A DNA stretch of 64,000 bases from an uncultured Actinomycetota bacterium (GTDB lineage Bacteria; Actinomycetota; UBA4738; HRBIN12), in the NCBI GenBank assembly GCA_963702405.1, contig CAVPCM010000011.1, forward strand, positions 97,683-161,682, in the 5' to 3' direction. The translations under genes were made by a program, and so were the position numbers. The first letter of the stretch is position 1. Each line of letters begins with the position of its first letter. The notes under the pieces are model-generated. The model saw nothing but the letters and a program-made list of their open reading frames with translations. It did not search any database and was not told the origin of the DNA. Below, piece after piece: positions 62,760 to 64,000 of this stretch.

Positions 62760-63800
62760 CCGGCCCCGTGGACGTGGCCGCCGAGATCGATCGGCTCCTC
62801 TGGAGCGTCCATCACGTAGCCGGAGGCGGCCCCGTGCTCCCCGCCGCCGCCCGAGCCCGTGACGATCAGCTTGCGCCGCTCCCGGGCGCTGGGTCCGCCG
62901 GCGACGGTGCGGACGTATCCCCTGCTCACCCGGCGCTCCAGGCGGCTCTGGAAGGCCGTGAAGACGGCCGTGAGGGCCCAGTAGACGGCGGCGGCCGTCA
63001 CGAGCGCCTCGGTCGGACGGACATCGGCGTTCCCGAGGAGCTGCGCGCGCCGGAAGAGCTCCATCGACTCGATGGCCTGTCCGAGGACGGAGACAACGCT
63101 GTGTCCTTCATCATCGCGATGAACTCGTTGCCGGTCGGCGGGATGATGACGCGGAACGCCTGCGGGAGGACGACCCTGCGCATCTTCTGCCGGTAGGTCA
63201 TCCCCAGAGCATCGGCGGCCTCGGCCTGGCCGTGGCTCACCGACTGGATGCCGGCACGGAAGATCTCCGTCATGTACGCGCCGTAGTTGAGGCCGAGCAC
63301 CACGACTCCCACCTGGAACGAGCTCCACGTGAAGAAGTCGTCGAAGCTCGTCGGGAGGAAGTTGGGGAACTTGTCGATGAGGTTCTGTGCGGTCCTCGGC
63401 ATCGCCAGGTAGAAGAGGAACAACTGGACGATCAACGGGGTGCCGCGGAAGAACGAGGTGTAGAAGCCGCTCAACCCGTAGGCGACCGGGTTGCGGGAGA
63501 GGCGCCCGAGCGCGCCCGACCAGCGCGAGGAGGATCGCGAGGACGATCCCGAGGGCAGCCATCAGGAGCGTGAAGGTGAGCCCTCGAGCGATGAAGCCGA
63601 TGTGTCTCGGCGATCCACCCGTTGTCGAAGGACGCCGACCAGAACAGGAAGCCGAGGACGACGAAGATCGCGGCCCAGACGAAGGCGACTTTCACGCGGA
63701 ACGGCACGTTGGCGCTCGCCAGCGCGAGCCGGTCGCGGCGACGGTCATCCGGACCGGGCGGGGACCGGGTCACCCCGGTCCCCGCGTCGTCCGTCCTCAC
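62760..63800 (-). pseudogene. amino-acid ABC transporter permease, at least 3 frameshifts
   Basis: permease segments in the frames of ORFs 63471..63800, 62998..63474 and 62714..63562. Confidence 0.5.
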
Positions 63801-63821
63801 GGCAATGTCGGCGTCGGCGTC

Positions 63822-64000
63822 AGACCGTCGTGACGTCGATGCCGTCGTACCACTTCATCCGACAGTCGGCTGAGCGTCCCGTCGGCATGCATGTCCGCCA
63901 CGATCTGATCGACCTCTTCCTGGAGGGTCGCCCCGTCGAGCTCGGACTCTTGTCGAAGGCGACCGCGAGCGGCTCCCCGAACACCGGATCGCCGACGACC
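63822..64000 (-). CDS. amino-acid ABC transporter substrate-binding protein, C-terminal part (runs off the window edge; apparent frameshift)
   Basis: ...VVGDPVFGEPLAVAFDK / ELDGATLQEEVDQIVADMHADGTLSRLSDE / KWYDGIDVTTV*. Confidence 0.4.

Overview
High-GC (about 70%) actinobacterial-type chromosome segment. The right part (about 25.0-64.0 kb) is conserved core: secG, an oligopeptide ABC transporter operon, tpiA-pgk-gap, rapZ, uvrC, uvrA, uvrB, coaE, rpsA, polA, and several other transporters and enzymes. The left 25 kb is an accessory region attached to a tRNA-Leu(GAG) gene that sits directly downstream of secG. It contains two direct repeats of the tRNA 3' half (with CCA), each preceded by a tyrosine-recombinase C-terminal stub, so I read it as at least three stacked, decayed integrative islands. 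The most unusual signal lies inside these islands. Two families of short repeats recur at least 18 times, always on the minus strand. Each is the 3' end (last 20-30 codons), or a decayed full copy, of a small gene: family 1 is an XRE-type HTH protein ending in ...RICKLYGWPQTF, and family 2 is a roughly 79-aa protein ending in ...LIAMADTDEVVRLRLLRAIRDLGV. The two genes are translationally coupled in one copy (ATGGCTGA overlap). Their fragments punctuate single-gene cargo units at about 1 kb spacing, like a cassette array, with junctions that sit within a few bases of the neighbouring gene's stop codon. No intact recombinase is visible in the window. Many genes carry single-base frameshifts. These include the essential genes coaE, rpsA and polA, so at least part of this is probably homopolymer indel error and pseudogene calls are tentative. 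Coordinates of gene starts are approximate (GTG/TTG starts are common).
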